Assembly (NCBI GenBank): GCA_964527775.1
Contig: CAZGQS010000002.1
Coordinates: forward strand, 16,883-80,882
Reading direction: 5' to 3'
Source of the DNA: an uncultured Rhizobium sp.
GTDB taxonomy: Bacteria; Bacteroidota; Bacteroidia; NS11-12g; UBA955
Length of the DNA: 64,000 nucleotides
The notes beneath the pieces were generated by a model, which searched no databases, had not been told where the DNA came from, and was given only the letters and a program-made list of their open reading frames with translations. Below are positions 9,883 through 19,833 of the stretch, one piece after another (position 1 is the stretch's first letter; the number at the start of each line of letters is the position of its first letter). Both the position numbers and the translations under genes were made by a program.

Positions 9883-10899
9883 TTAGACGTTGTCGGTTGC
9901 TTTATAAATTCGTTCAATGATATCAACCGTCTTCATGCCTTCGAGGGCATTGGTTGAAATGGTGTCTTCGCCTTTTATGGTTTTTACTGCGTTTTCAATC
10001 ACATAGTGGTGGTTTGCCGCAGAACCTTTGTAGGGGCCGTAATCGTTGGGTGGGTTGGTTTCTTGAAGTTCGGGCATGGTGTAATCTTTGATATTGCAAT
10101 GCTCAATCTTATTCATGTATTGGCCGCCAATTTTGATAGACCCTTTACTACCAATAACTGTGATTGAACTTTCCAGATTGGAATCCCAAACCGATGTAGA
10201 ATAATTGATGCTGCCTATGCCGCCGTTTTCAAATTGGAAGTTGACAAATCCAGAATCTTCGAATTCGGTAGTGGTTGCATGATTGAAGTTGCTGCTCACC
10301 GATTTGATGTTTTTGATGTCGCCAAAAACCCAGTACATGATGTCAACAAAGTGGCTGAATTGGGTAAAGAGTGTTCCACCATCCAATTTTTTGGTGCCTT
10401 TCCAATTACTTACAGAGTAGTAACGCTCGTCTCTGTTCCAATAACAGTTGGTTTGTACCATGTATATGTCGCCGATGATCTTTTTATCTACAATTTCTTT
10501 GAGCCAAAGGGATGGCGGACTGTAACGATTTTGTTTAACGATGAAGATATGCCTAGATACTCTCAAGCCGGTCATAATCACCTCTTCACACTCTTTTACC
10601 GTGAGGGCCATTGGTTTTTCGATGATTACGTGAGCTTTGTGATTGAGGGCGTTTATTGCAAGTTCAGCATGTAATCCATTGGGTGTAGCAATTACTACAA
10701 CATCAGGACGGATACCTGCATTAAACAGAGCATCAATGCTTTCAAAAAGTGGAATATTGCTGAAGTGGTCTAATCCTTTAACGCAATCACTGTTGGTATC
10801 AACGAAACCTACAAGTTCGCAATGATCGTTTTGACTGACGAGAGTAGCATGGCGCTTACCAATATGTCCTAGTCCTACAATGCCAAACTTTATCTTCAT
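9883..10899 (-). CDS. Gfo/Idh/MocA oxidoreductase, WbpB/WlbA-like nucleotide-sugar 3-dehydrogenase
   Basis: GIVGLGHIG Rossmann motif, EKPMAL, VKQNRY, DGGTLFTQFSHFVD. Confidence 0.85.
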   Translation of the reverse strand: MKIKFGIVGLGHIGKRHATLVSQNDHCELVGFVDTNSDCVKGLDHFSNIPLFESIDALFNAGIRPDVVVIATPNGLHAELAINALNHKAHVIIEKPMALTVKECEEVIMTGLRVSRHIFIVKQNRYSPPSLWLKEIVDKKIIGDIYMVQTNCYWNRDERYYSVSNWKGTKKLDGGTLFTQFSHFVDIMYWVFGDIKNIKSVSSNFNHATTTEFEDSGFVNFQFENGGIGSINYSTSVWDSNLESSITVIGSKGSIKIGGQYMNKIEHCNIKDYTMPELQETNPPNDYGPYKGSAANHHYVIENAVKTIKGEDTISTNALEGMKTVDIIERIYKATDNV

Positions 10900-11064
10900 A
10901 TTTACAAAGGTATAATTTAATGTTCTATGGATTTGTATGTTTTGTGTTTAAGGTAGTTTTAAGTTGGTGATTTTCGGCCATTGACTTAGTTTATAATATT
11001 AATCAAGTTAAAGAAAAGTTATTTGTTTAGATTTGTGATATCAATGTTTATAAACAAATCGTAA

Positions 11065-11871
11065 ATGAAAGCTGCAATAAAGTGGGTAATAAGGATATTT
11101 TCAAGGGTAATTTCAAAAAACACTGAAGCATTAAAGTATCTTTATACGGTTGCATTAGAGGAAGAAACTCAACAATATTGCGATTATGGCGCTACTGCGA
11201 CGTATCCTCATATATTGAAATCAATAAGTATAATTAAAAAGTTACAACTTGCAGATTTTACCATAGTAGATATTGGTGGTGCTCAAGGTAATACTGTTAA
11301 GATGTTTGCAAAAGCATTCCCAAACAATAGAATTTTGGTATTTGAGCCGATAATTGATAATCAGAAATATTTAAATCCAATTAAAAATGAATTTGGAAAT
11401 ATTACGGTAATTTATAAAGCATTGGGTGATTATTTGGGGCAAAGCAATATGTGGGTAACTTCGCGTGTTAGTTCTTCATCATTATTGGATCCTGTAGCAA
11501 CAAATGAAATTGATAGCAAATTTATGAGTGATGCGTTGGCTGATAAAAAACAGATCACAGTTGATGTATCTACGCTAAATTTTGAATTAGGTAATAGATA
11601 TGGAAATATAGTTTTAAAGATAGATGTTCAAGGATTTGAATTGAAGGTTCTACAAGGGGCATCGGAAATATTAAATGAAGTTGCGTTTATCATCGTGGAA
11701 GTTAGTAATCAGGAAGTGTATTTGAATTCTCCTAAATATTATGATATCGATAATTACTTGATAAACAATGGTTTTGTGCTTGTTGATATGTGCTTATCGT
11801 TCAGAGAAGGTCACGTATTAAGAGAGTGGGATTCATTGTATTTGAGAAGAGATTTACTTCCAAAACTATGA
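11065..11871 (+). CDS. FkbM family methyltransferase
   Basis: VDIGGAQG, FEP and LKIDVQGFELKVLQGA motifs. Confidence 0.9.
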   Translation: MKAAIKWVIRIFSRVISKNTEALKYLYTVALEEETQQYCDYGATATYPHILKSISIIKKLQLADFTIVDIGGAQGNTVKMFAKAFPNNRILVFEPIIDNQKYLNPIKNEFGNITVIYKALGDYLGQSNMWVTSRVSSSSLLDPVATNEIDSKFMSDALADKKQITVDVSTLNFELGNRYGNIVLKIDVQGFELKVLQGASEILNEVAFIIVEVSNQEVYLNSPKYYDIDNYLINNGFVLVDMCLSFREGHVLREWDSLYLRRDLLPKL

Positions 11872-13025
11872 GAATCGCGTTATTAGAATTAATGCCCAAA
11901 GGGCATTTTACGTTGGTTGAGTCAATTGTAGATGTATTTAGTTCAGATCCATTAAATCAAATTGATGTTTACATTGCAAAATCTAGTTATGAGAATATTA
12001 TTGTAAATCGTAATTCTCATGTTAATTATATTATTGCGGGAAATGATATTTCAAAGGAACTTACAAATGTTGCAAAATTAAATTATGATATTTTAATTAT
12101 TTCGAGTTTAGATAGTTTTATAAAAGAATTTGCAATTTCTGATATTTATAAGAATAAAGTCTATTTGGTAGTTCATAACATAGATTATTGGTTTAATTTA
12201 AATTTATGGAAGAGAGTTAAAAGTGTAATATTTGGATTAATTAAAAATTATAAATCACTTGCATATTTAATCAAACAGAATTTTATTTATAATAAATCAA
12301 AAAGAATAATTATTAATAAAATAAACTCAAAAAATGGAGGCTTCGTTGTATTAAATGATAACTTAAGATACAATCTTAGTAAATATGTAAAGGAAAGCAA
12401 GATTAGAGTTATTCCATTCTCTGTTTTTAAAGAACAGTCTATTCTCATCAAACAAAGAAATTCAGAAAGAATTTTAATTACTGTTCCTGGAATGGTTTCA
12501 CAAGTAAGACGGGATTACGATAGTCTTTTAAGTTTGATTGAAGTTTTACATAAGAATCATCAAACAAATATACATTGGGAATTTTTGGGGGGAGTTGCTG
12601 AGAGTGAAGGAGGAAGAGAAATTATAAATAGAGCTCAAAAACTGATTCAAAAGGGGATTCCTTTATTAGTTCATGATAAAAGTGTAGTGAGCCTCAGTGA
12701 TTTTGATGAAAGAATGAAATACGCTGATTTTGTCTTGGGTAATTTACATGTTATGATTAATTCAGGTTCTATCTATGGTAAAACAAAAGATTCTGGTACT
12801 ATTTATACTATGATAAAATATGGAATACCTGGTATACTTCCATCTTCTTATCCAAATATTAAAGAATTGGAATCATCTACTCTGACTTTCTCAGACTACA
12901 ATCAATTATTGAAGATTTTAGTTAGTTTAGATATTAAATCAATTATTTTGCTAAATAATAATGCAAAATCTAATGCTGAATTATTCACCCCGCACAAAGT
13001 TTACAAGCAATTTATAGAACAATGA
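11868..13025 (+). CDS. Putative GT-B glycosyltransferase
   Basis: [14 protein letters not shown] and YGKTKDSG motifs; ATG 11868 overlaps the upstream stop; glycan-locus context. Confidence 0.55.
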   Translation: MRIALLELMPKGHFTLVESIVDVFSSDPLNQIDVYIAKSSYENIIVNRNSHVNYIIAGNDISKELTNVAKLNYDILIISSLDSFIKEFAISDIYKNKVYLVVHNIDYWFNLNLWKRVKSVIFGLIKNYKSLAYLIKQNFIYNKSKRIIINKINSKNGGFVVLNDNLRYNLSKYVKESKIRVIPFSVFKEQSILIKQRNSERILITVPGMVSQVRRDYDSLLSLIEVLHKNHQTNIHWEFLGGVAESEGGREIINRAQKLIQKGIPLLVHDKSVVSLSDFDERMKYADFVLGNLHVMINSGSIYGKTKDSGTIYTMIKYGIPGILPSSYPNIKELESSTLTFSDYNQLLKILVSLDIKSIILLNNNAKSNAELFTPHKVYKQFIEQ

Positions 13026-14086
13026 AAACAATATTAATTACCGGTTCATCTGGTTTAATTGGAAGTGAGGCAACCAAATTTTTTTGCGATTTAGGTTTTC
13101 GGGTCATTGGAATAGATAATGATATGAGATCCTATTTTTTTGGTGAAGGGGCAAGCACTCTAAGACAAAAAAAGAATCTAGTAGATAAATATCCTAACTT
13201 CACAAGTTACAATACGGATATACGAGATTTAGAATCATTAAAAGTAATATTTCAAGAATATAATACAGATATCAAAGGAATAATACACACTGCCGCTCAA
13301 CCATCTCATGATTGGGCTGCAAAAGAGCCTCTAACTGATTTTGGAGTTAATGCTATCGGAACAATAAACTTATTGGAGTGCTTTAGAAATTATTGTTCGG
13401 ATGCTGTCTTTATTTTTACAAGTACGAACAAAGTTTATGGTGATTTACCTAACTATCTACCTTTAGAGGAATTAGATACAAGATGGGAGATTAGTTCAAA
13501 TCATGATTATTATTTAAAAGGGATAGATGAAAAGTTAAGTATCGATAATTCTAAGCATAGTATTTTTGGTGCGTCTAAGGTAGCGGCGGATATTATGGTT
13601 CAGGAATATGGGAAGTATTTTGGCTTAAAAACCGCAGTTTTTAGAGGTGGATGCTTAACAGGTCCTGCACATTCTGGTGCTGAATTACATGGATTTTTAG
13701 CATACCTTGTGAAATGTGCTGTAAATAAAACACCCTATACAGTCTTTGGTTATAACGGAAAGCAAGTCAGAGATAATATTCATAGCAAGGATTTGGTAAG
13801 CGCATTTTATGAATTTTATTTAAATCCGAGGTGTGGTGAAGTATACAACATAGGAGGTAGTCGTTTTTCAAATGTATCTATGATCGAAGCAATAAATTCG
13901 ATATTTAAATTATCGGGACATAAAGTAAATTATTCAATTTCTGATACAAATAGGATTGGTGATCATATTTGGTATATTAGCGATGTATCTAAATTTAAAA
14001 GTCATTACCCCAATTGGGAGTTATCATATAATATTGATATGATTTTAACCGAAATGATAGAAACAGCTGAGAGGTCAGCCTCTTGA
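13022..14086 (+). CDS. NAD-dependent epimerase, CDP-paratose 2-epimerase (RfbE/Tyv)-like
   Basis: [34 protein letters not shown] and GKQVRD motifs. Confidence 0.85.
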   Translation: MKTILITGSSGLIGSEATKFFCDLGFRVIGIDNDMRSYFFGEGASTLRQKKNLVDKYPNFTSYNTDIRDLESLKVIFQEYNTDIKGIIHTAAQPSHDWAAKEPLTDFGVNAIGTINLLECFRNYCSDAVFIFTSTNKVYGDLPNYLPLEELDTRWEISSNHDYYLKGIDEKLSIDNSKHSIFGASKVAADIMVQEYGKYFGLKTAVFRGGCLTGPAHSGAELHGFLAYLVKCAVNKTPYTVFGYNGKQVRDNIHSKDLVSAFYEFYLNPRCGEVYNIGGSRFSNVSMIEAINSIFKLSGHKVNYSISDTNRIGDHIWYISDVSKFKSHYPNWELSYNIDMILTEMIETAERSAS

Positions 14087-14208
14087 TTTTACTAACAGAT
14101 TAGGCAGTAGCTCAATGTAACCATAGTATTTTTATTAAGGTTTTTTAATAGGTTCAAATCATCCTATTTTTCAAGTGTATTTCAGATAATCGTGTAATTT
14201 TGTTTTTA

Positions 14209-15267
14209 ATGCCAAAAAAAGTAATTAGCGTAGTTGGTGCTAGGCCCCAATTTATCAAAGCCGCGCCTTTAGAAATAGTTTTTCGTGAACTTGAAGGTTT
14301 TGAATTTATTTCCATTCATACAGGGCAACACTACGATGAAAATATGAGCCAAGTATTTTTCAATGACTTTGGACTCGAACAACCCAAATACCAATTGCAT
14401 GTGGGTAGCTCAAGTCACGGCAAACAAACGGGTTTGATGTTAGACAAAATTGAAGAGATATTGCTTTCAGAGAAGCCCGACATGATGATTGTCTACGGCG
14501 ATACCAACAGTACTTTGGCAGCTGCCTTGGCTGCAGCTAAATTGAATATTCCGATAGCTCATATTGAGGCAGGATTGCGCAGTTATAATAGAACCATGCC
14601 CGAAGAAATCAATCGGGTGTTGACCGATCATGTTAGTTCTTTGTTGCTAGTACCTTCCGAGGTTTCGGTGAATAATCTAAAAAAGGAAGGCATCACAAAG
14701 GGTGTTGAAATTACGGGGGACATTATGATGGATATTTTGAGAATATCTACCGAGAAAAATGTGGTAAAGAAACCTGTAGATCATGCCTACTATTACGCCA
14801 CCATTCACCGTCCCTACAATACAGACATTCCTGAGAGAATGTCACAGATATTGACGGAAATGAATTCATTGGATAAGCCGGTTTACTTTGCCATTCATCC
14901 CAGAACGTCATCGCTTTTGGAAAAGTACGGAATCAATTTCGGGGATTTTAACAACATAAAATTCATTGAACCACAGAGTTATATTGGAAATTTAGGTTAC
15001 TTGCTCAATGCAGATCGCATCATCACAGATTCTGGGGGACTTCAAAAAGAGGCCTGGTTTGTAAAGAAACCCTGTGTTACACTGAGACCCGAAACCGAGT
15101 GGGTTGAAACCTTAGATAATCAATGGAATGTTCTCGTTTTTGATGATCTGGCTCAGTTAAAAGAAGCAATTACTGTTGCTCCAGGTGCATACAATGACGG
15201 TGTTTTCGGCGATGGACATGCAGCCAAGAAAATTCGCGATTCCATCCAAGCATTCTTAAACGTCTAA
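14209..15267 (+). CDS. wecB: Non-hydrolysing UDP-N-acetylglucosamine 2-epimerase (WecB/WbpI type)
   Basis: VVGARPQFIK, HTGQHYD, YGDTNS, HIEAGLRS, PEEINR, TDSGGLQKEA. Confidence 0.9.
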   Translation: MPKKVISVVGARPQFIKAAPLEIVFRELEGFEFISIHTGQHYDENMSQVFFNDFGLEQPKYQLHVGSSSHGKQTGLMLDKIEEILLSEKPDMMIVYGDTNSTLAAALAAAKLNIPIAHIEAGLRSYNRTMPEEINRVLTDHVSSLLLVPSEVSVNNLKKEGITKGVEITGDIMMDILRISTEKNVVKKPVDHAYYYATIHRPYNTDIPERMSQILTEMNSLDKPVYFAIHPRTSSLLEKYGINFGDFNNIKFIEPQSYIGNLGYLLNADRIITDSGGLQKEAWFVKKPCVTLRPETEWVETLDNQWNVLVFDDLAQLKEAITVAPGAYNDGVFGDGHAAKKIRDSIQAFLNV

Positions 15268-15271
15268 GAAT

Positions 15272-16456
15272 ATGAAAGCCAAAATTGTGCATGTTGTCTA
15301 TCAGTTCCATCCTGAAATGGGATACGATAGCAATTTATTCGCTCGATTTGCCCACCCCAAGTTGGAGGTCATCATTTTGACTTCAGATAATTTAGATTTA
15401 TGGAACCTGACAGCTGATGATATCAAGCAGTCTGACATCAAAGTGGAAGAACAATATGGGGTTCAAATTATCCGGTTGAATTCGTTTAAAACTGGTAAGA
15501 AAAAGGCCGGTGTATTCATGAAAGGATTGAACCGTAAAATTGAAGAAATCAATCCTGAAATCGTGTTTTACCACGGTTTGGAAAGTCCCACCTATGCTTG
15601 GTCTATGATACGGCAAATTGGAAAAAGATTCATTACCGCAGACACGCATACCTTATTCTCTCAGTTTAAGGATGTTACATTTTTAGGCGGTATTTATTTG
15701 AATTTTATTTTCAAGCCATTGATTGTAAATAGGTTGAAAAAAATCAATGCGCCTTTGTTCTACACCGCTCTGGAAAATAAAAAGGTGCTTCAATGGTTCG
15801 GATTTGAAGAGAACCAAATTTTTGATAATGAGATTTGTACCGATTTAGAGCTTTTTAGGAAAGTCAATGTAAACTTTAATGATTTTCTTCCTCAAACCAA
15901 CATTAATGGCAAGATATTGCTCTACACGGGTAAGTTTGATCATTTCAAGCAGCCCGAAATTATTCTCGATGCCATAAAAATCATTGAAAATGAAATTGAT
16001 TTTCATTTGGATTTGGTTTTCGTGGGACCTAAAAACGAGGAATATCAAAACACCCACTTCAACAAAACATTTGCGAACAAGTTGATTCAAGTTCATTTGT
16101 TGGGACCCGCTAAAAATCAAGATCTATATAAGTACTATTCAGCAGCTGATTTGGCCGTTTTCCCGAAGCAGAATACATTGAGTGCCTTAGATGCTCAAGC
16201 CTGCGGATTGCCTGTGATAATGGAAAGTGATGAGACCAATCAAGAGAGACTCAAAATGGGCGGATTGTGTTATGAACCGGGAAATGTTCAAGATCTAGCA
16301 ACTAAAATCTTGAAACTTTTGAAAGATGATGAGATGTTAAAATCTTTGTCAGAAAACGGACAAAAGTATATGCATGAACGTTACAACTACCAAAAGAAGA
16401 TGATGGACATACAAGAAATGCTTATTCAACGTTATGAAGAAACATTAAAAGCATGA
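15272..16456 (+). CDS. Glycosyltransferase family 4
   Basis: GT-B C-terminal motif YSAADLAVFP...LDAQACGLPVI. Confidence 0.85.
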   Translation: MKAKIVHVVYQFHPEMGYDSNLFARFAHPKLEVIILTSDNLDLWNLTADDIKQSDIKVEEQYGVQIIRLNSFKTGKKKAGVFMKGLNRKIEEINPEIVFYHGLESPTYAWSMIRQIGKRFITADTHTLFSQFKDVTFLGGIYLNFIFKPLIVNRLKKINAPLFYTALENKKVLQWFGFEENQIFDNEICTDLELFRKVNVNFNDFLPQTNINGKILLYTGKFDHFKQPEIILDAIKIIENEIDFHLDLVFVGPKNEEYQNTHFNKTFANKLIQVHLLGPAKNQDLYKYYSAADLAVFPKQNTLSALDAQACGLPVIMESDETNQERLKMGGLCYEPGNVQDLATKILKLLKDDEMLKSLSENGQKYMHERYNYQKKMMDIQEMLIQRYEETLKA

Positions 16457-16989
16457 AAAGAATTCACAAAATAGCCTTTATCTGTTTGTTCGCATGCTTC
16501 TTGCCTGCAACTTCAATGGCCCAAAGAATTGCCATGATTGACATGAAGGGACATCCTGATACATTGGCATTGAGGTTGGTTAAGGAAAAAGGATTTCAAT
16601 CGCTTCCAAACAAGGGCGAAGACAGAATATTGAAGGGTAAGTTGAATGGGGAAGATGTGGAGCTAAGAATTTATTGCTCACCCATCAGTAAACGGGTTTG
16701 GATGGCCACCGCGTTTTATGTCCCCCGAAAAAACTATAAAAAAGCCCTTTTAGATTTTGAATTGAAGGTGCAAAATTTGGTGGAACGCTATGGGAAGTTT
16801 GAAAGTAAAACCATCCTGAAGAAGCAAAAAACAGCGAAGGCGGACTGGGGTTACATGCAATATTTTCAAAATTTACAGCTCATTGCTGAGATTGTTGAGG
16901 GGAACAGAGTGGCGGTGCATTTTATTTTGAGGGACGAGATGGTCAAGTATAAGGAGGAAAAGCTACTTTCAGATAATCAGTTGTTTTGA
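16453..16989 (+). CDS. Hypothetical secreted protein
   Basis: 178-aa ORF with signal peptide; overlaps both neighbours. Confidence 0.65.
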   Translation: MKRIHKIAFICLFACFLPATSMAQRIAMIDMKGHPDTLALRLVKEKGFQSLPNKGEDRILKGKLNGEDVELRIYCSPISKRVWMATAFYVPRKNYKKALLDFELKVQNLVERYGKFESKTILKKQKTAKADWGYMQYFQNLQLIAEIVEGNRVAVHFILRDEMVKYKEEKLLSDNQLF

Positions 16990-18275
16990 TGAAAAGGAAG
17001 CACTTCATTTATTCCTTGGGATTAGGAGCTGTAGCACCATCGGTGTTGAGCGGAAGTTCGATGGGAGAATGGGATCTCAAAGGCAATCCAAAAGAGGAGA
17101 AGTTTTGGGAAGACTTAGCGAAAAAGTTCCCCAGAAACTATCAAAAAGGCAGTAAATACTGGGATACCAACATCATCAACTTGGAAAATGGGTATTTCAG
17201 CCATCAACCTCCATCGGTAATTAATGCCCATGCGGCCTACGAGAATCATATCAATGATTCTACCAGTTTATTCATGAGATTGAAGCAACAGGATGAGATT
17301 GAGCGCGTACGATTGGAGTTTGCAAAATCTCAGAATTTGAATGTTGAAGAATTGGCTTTTACACGAAACACCACCGAAAGTTTGAACATCATTATCATGG
17401 GTTTTCCTTGGAAATCAGGCGACGAGGTAGTCATTGGGAACCAAGATTACGGCAGCATGGTTGATGCCTTCGAACAAGTATCGAAGCGCTATGGAGTGGT
17501 GGTGAAAGTGGCAAATGTACCATTATCGCCCAACACCGACGAGGATGTAGTTGCAGCTTATTTAAAAGAAATGTCGGTCAAAACCCGAATGGTTCATATC
17601 ACGCATTTGATCAATTTAAGCGGTCAAATAGTGCCCTTGCAAAAGGTTTTAAACGGGGTGAAGGCATTCAATCCTGCTGTGATGACGGTGGTTGACGCCG
17701 CTCACAGCGTGAATCATGTAAAGATTAAGGTTGGAGATATAACTCAAGCTGACGCAGTGGGTGCAAGTTTGCATAAGTGGACCTGTGCACCCATTGGGGT
17801 GGGCATGTTGACGGTGAAAACCGAGTGGATTTCACAAATTTGGCCCTTGATGGGAGATTCTGGCAATCCCAAGAACATCAGGAAGTTTGAGCATCAAGGC
17901 ACTCGTCCCATCAACAGCATCATGGCTTTGAGCGATGCATTGAAATTTGCAGACAACATTGGCGGTGCTGAGCCCAAGTGGAATCGGTTGGTTTCACTGA
18001 GGACGTTGATTCTGGGAAGTGGAGGCACTGGTTTCAATGTTCGTGAATCTGGATCGTACGAATTGGTTTGTAGGGAAGATCGATTGGGTGCAATTTCATG
18101 CATCCGACATAAGGCGAAATCGGTACAGGAGCTACAGAAAGATCTTATGAAAGAGGGAATTTTCACCGTGGGAATTGAACATGCGGTGGTAAAAGGGGTT
18201 AGAATAACTCCTCATTTAAGTACTTCAAAATCAGATGTGTTGAAGTTGAATACGGCATTGGCCAAATTGGCTTAG
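16989..18275 (+). CDS. Class V PLP-dependent enzyme (isopenicillin-N epimerase/cysteine desulfurase-like)
   Basis: FTRNTTESLN, VDAAHS, SLHKW (PLP lysine) and GVRITPH motifs; Tat-like leader. Confidence 0.85.
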   Translation: MKRKHFIYSLGLGAVAPSVLSGSSMGEWDLKGNPKEEKFWEDLAKKFPRNYQKGSKYWDTNIINLENGYFSHQPPSVINAHAAYENHINDSTSLFMRLKQQDEIERVRLEFAKSQNLNVEELAFTRNTTESLNIIIMGFPWKSGDEVVIGNQDYGSMVDAFEQVSKRYGVVVKVANVPLSPNTDEDVVAAYLKEMSVKTRMVHITHLINLSGQIVPLQKVLNGVKAFNPAVMTVVDAAHSVNHVKIKVGDITQADAVGASLHKWTCAPIGVGMLTVKTEWISQIWPLMGDSGNPKNIRKFEHQGTRPINSIMALSDALKFADNIGGAEPKWNRLVSLRTLILGSGGTGFNVRESGSYELVCREDRLGAISCIRHKAKSVQELQKDLMKEGIFTVGIEHAVVKGVRITPHLSTSKSDVLKLNTALAKLA

Positions 18276-18357
18276 TTGCATTTTTCCGTAAAATTCATTT
18301 TTGTACTTGCGATTATCCGTAATTGATTTATTGCGGTATGGTGTTGCTTTGTTGGAT

Positions 18358-18951
18358 ATGAGGAAATTCATTACTCAAGTAGGTATTTTTATATTGTTAT
18401 TGTTTCACTTTGGATGTTCTGGCGTTCAGGAAAGGACGGCATTTGGAGGTGGAAATTTTAGTCACCTAAAGCAAGTAGTTTCTTTGGATTCAACAACTAA
18501 AATTATTGAATCAAGTAGTAGTAAAGATTTAGATATCAGAGAAATTAAATCGATCTTTCCAAAGGTTGAAAAGGCTAATAAAGATAAGGGTATAAGCTTA
18601 AAATTGGAAGAGAAGATTCACAAAATGAATCAAAAAATGTGGTTTGAATCGGGCAGAATGCCAAAAACATTGAATAAGTTAAAACCAATACGAGAATACC
18701 AGAAGTTTTTGAAATCTGGCAAAACAGAATCCAATTTGGAAAGTGATAATAAAGGTACTACTATCATAATTGTTGGCCTGATACTGGGTTTGCTTGGATA
18801 TTTAATGATTGCGGCTGCTGATAGTGGGTGGTTTGGTTTAGGATTAGGAGGAAGTAATTTTAATGGTTGCTGGGTGGTTTTATTGGGTTTAGTATTGTTG
18901 ATTTCGTCAGTAGTTTTATTGATAGTTGGTTTAGTTACTTCATTAAGTTGA
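18358..18951 (+). CDS. Hypothetical lipoprotein with two C-terminal TM helices
   Basis: Lipobox-like FGCS after hydrophobic leader; C-terminal hydrophobic hairpin. Confidence 0.6.
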   Translation: MRKFITQVGIFILLLFHFGCSGVQERTAFGGGNFSHLKQVVSLDSTTKIIESSSSKDLDIREIKSIFPKVEKANKDKGISLKLEEKIHKMNQKMWFESGRMPKTLNKLKPIREYQKFLKSGKTESNLESDNKGTTIIIVGLILGLLGYLMIAAADSGWFGLGLGGSNFNGCWVVLLGLVLLISSVVLLIVGLVTSLS

Positions 18952-18955
18952 TATT

Positions 18956-19234
18956 ATGAAAAAACGCATTAATATTTCTATAGATTCTGATATACACGAA
19001 CAAGCCCAGCGGCATGCATTTAGAAAGGGCATAAGTCTGAGCAATTTTATTGAAACAGAACTAAGCAGGGCCATGAAACAATCTACTGAATTGAGCACAG
19101 CTGATTATCCTGGAATATGGTCTCATCTAAATTTGGAGCAGCGCAATCACCTTATTCAATATATGAGTTTCTTGGCAGACAAGGGTAAATCTGGTGATTT
19201 GCCTTTTACGGCTGAGGGGATAGGGTCGTTGTGA
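18956..19234 (+). CDS. Ribbon-helix-helix (DUF6364-like) antitoxin-like protein
   Basis: MKKRINISIDSDIHEQAQRHAFRKGISLSNFIE has the RHH pattern. Confidence 0.7.
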   Translation: MKKRINISIDSDIHEQAQRHAFRKGISLSNFIETELSRAMKQSTELSTADYPGIWSHLNLEQRNHLIQYMSFLADKGKSGDLPFTAEGIGSL

Positions 19235-19336
19235 CCAGCGATCGGTGATCGGTGATCGGTGATCAGTCTTCGGACAGCGGACAGCGGTCATCGGTCAACC
19301 GACAACCGATAACCGATAACCGATAACCATAGACCA
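19232..19336. repeat. Degenerate heptamer array with inverted halves (15 units)
   Basis: tgaccag cgatcgg tgatcgg tgatcgg tgatcag tcttcgg acagcgg acagcgg tcatcgg tcaaccg acaaccg ataaccg ataaccg ataacca tagacca. Confidence 0.9.
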
Positions 19337-19368
19337 AATACTAACAATAAAATTACATACTAAAAAAA

Positions 19369-19812
19369 ATGAGAGTGTATTTAAAATCTACTGTGATCCT
19401 TTTCTTGGGATTGTCAATGTTAATTTTCAGTTCATGCGGAAAGGATAAGCCTGAGGTAAAACCAAGCATTTTGGGGAAGTGGGATCTGCTTTCAATCAAA
19501 GGTGATTACTTCATTCACTCAACCAATAAGTTGATTGGCTCTGAGGAAGAAACCTATTTACCTGATGAAACGGTTCTTGAATTTAATTCGAGTAATCAAG
19601 TGTTGATTTATGAGAGTGGCTTTGTTGAAGATGTATTTAATTATACATATGAGAATAATAAGTTAATATTTAAGTATGATTTGACAGGTTCGGATAGTGA
19701 TACTTTTTTTGTGTCATCATTGAATAATACTCAGTTGATTTTCAAAGGAATTGAGATAGACACAAGCGAAGACTTTAGATCAGAATCCACTTTTAATTTG
19801 AAACGGAAATAA
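19369..19812 (+). CDS. Lipocalin-like lipoprotein
   Basis: FSSC lipobox and ILGKWDL (GxW) motif. Confidence 0.7.
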   Translation: MRVYLKSTVILFLGLSMLIFSSCGKDKPEVKPSILGKWDLLSIKGDYFIHSTNKLIGSEEETYLPDETVLEFNSSNQVLIYESGFVEDVFNYTYENNKLIFKYDLTGSDSDTFFVSSLNNTQLIFKGIEIDTSEDFRSESTFNLKRK

Positions 19813-19833
19813 TGGCTTACCTTTGGAGCCGCT

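Noticed and set aside
14101-14113. TAGGCAGTAGCT resembling an ops/JUMPstart element
   Set aside because: Imperfect short match, located upstream of the wecB promoter element, with no RfaH/UpxY gene in view.
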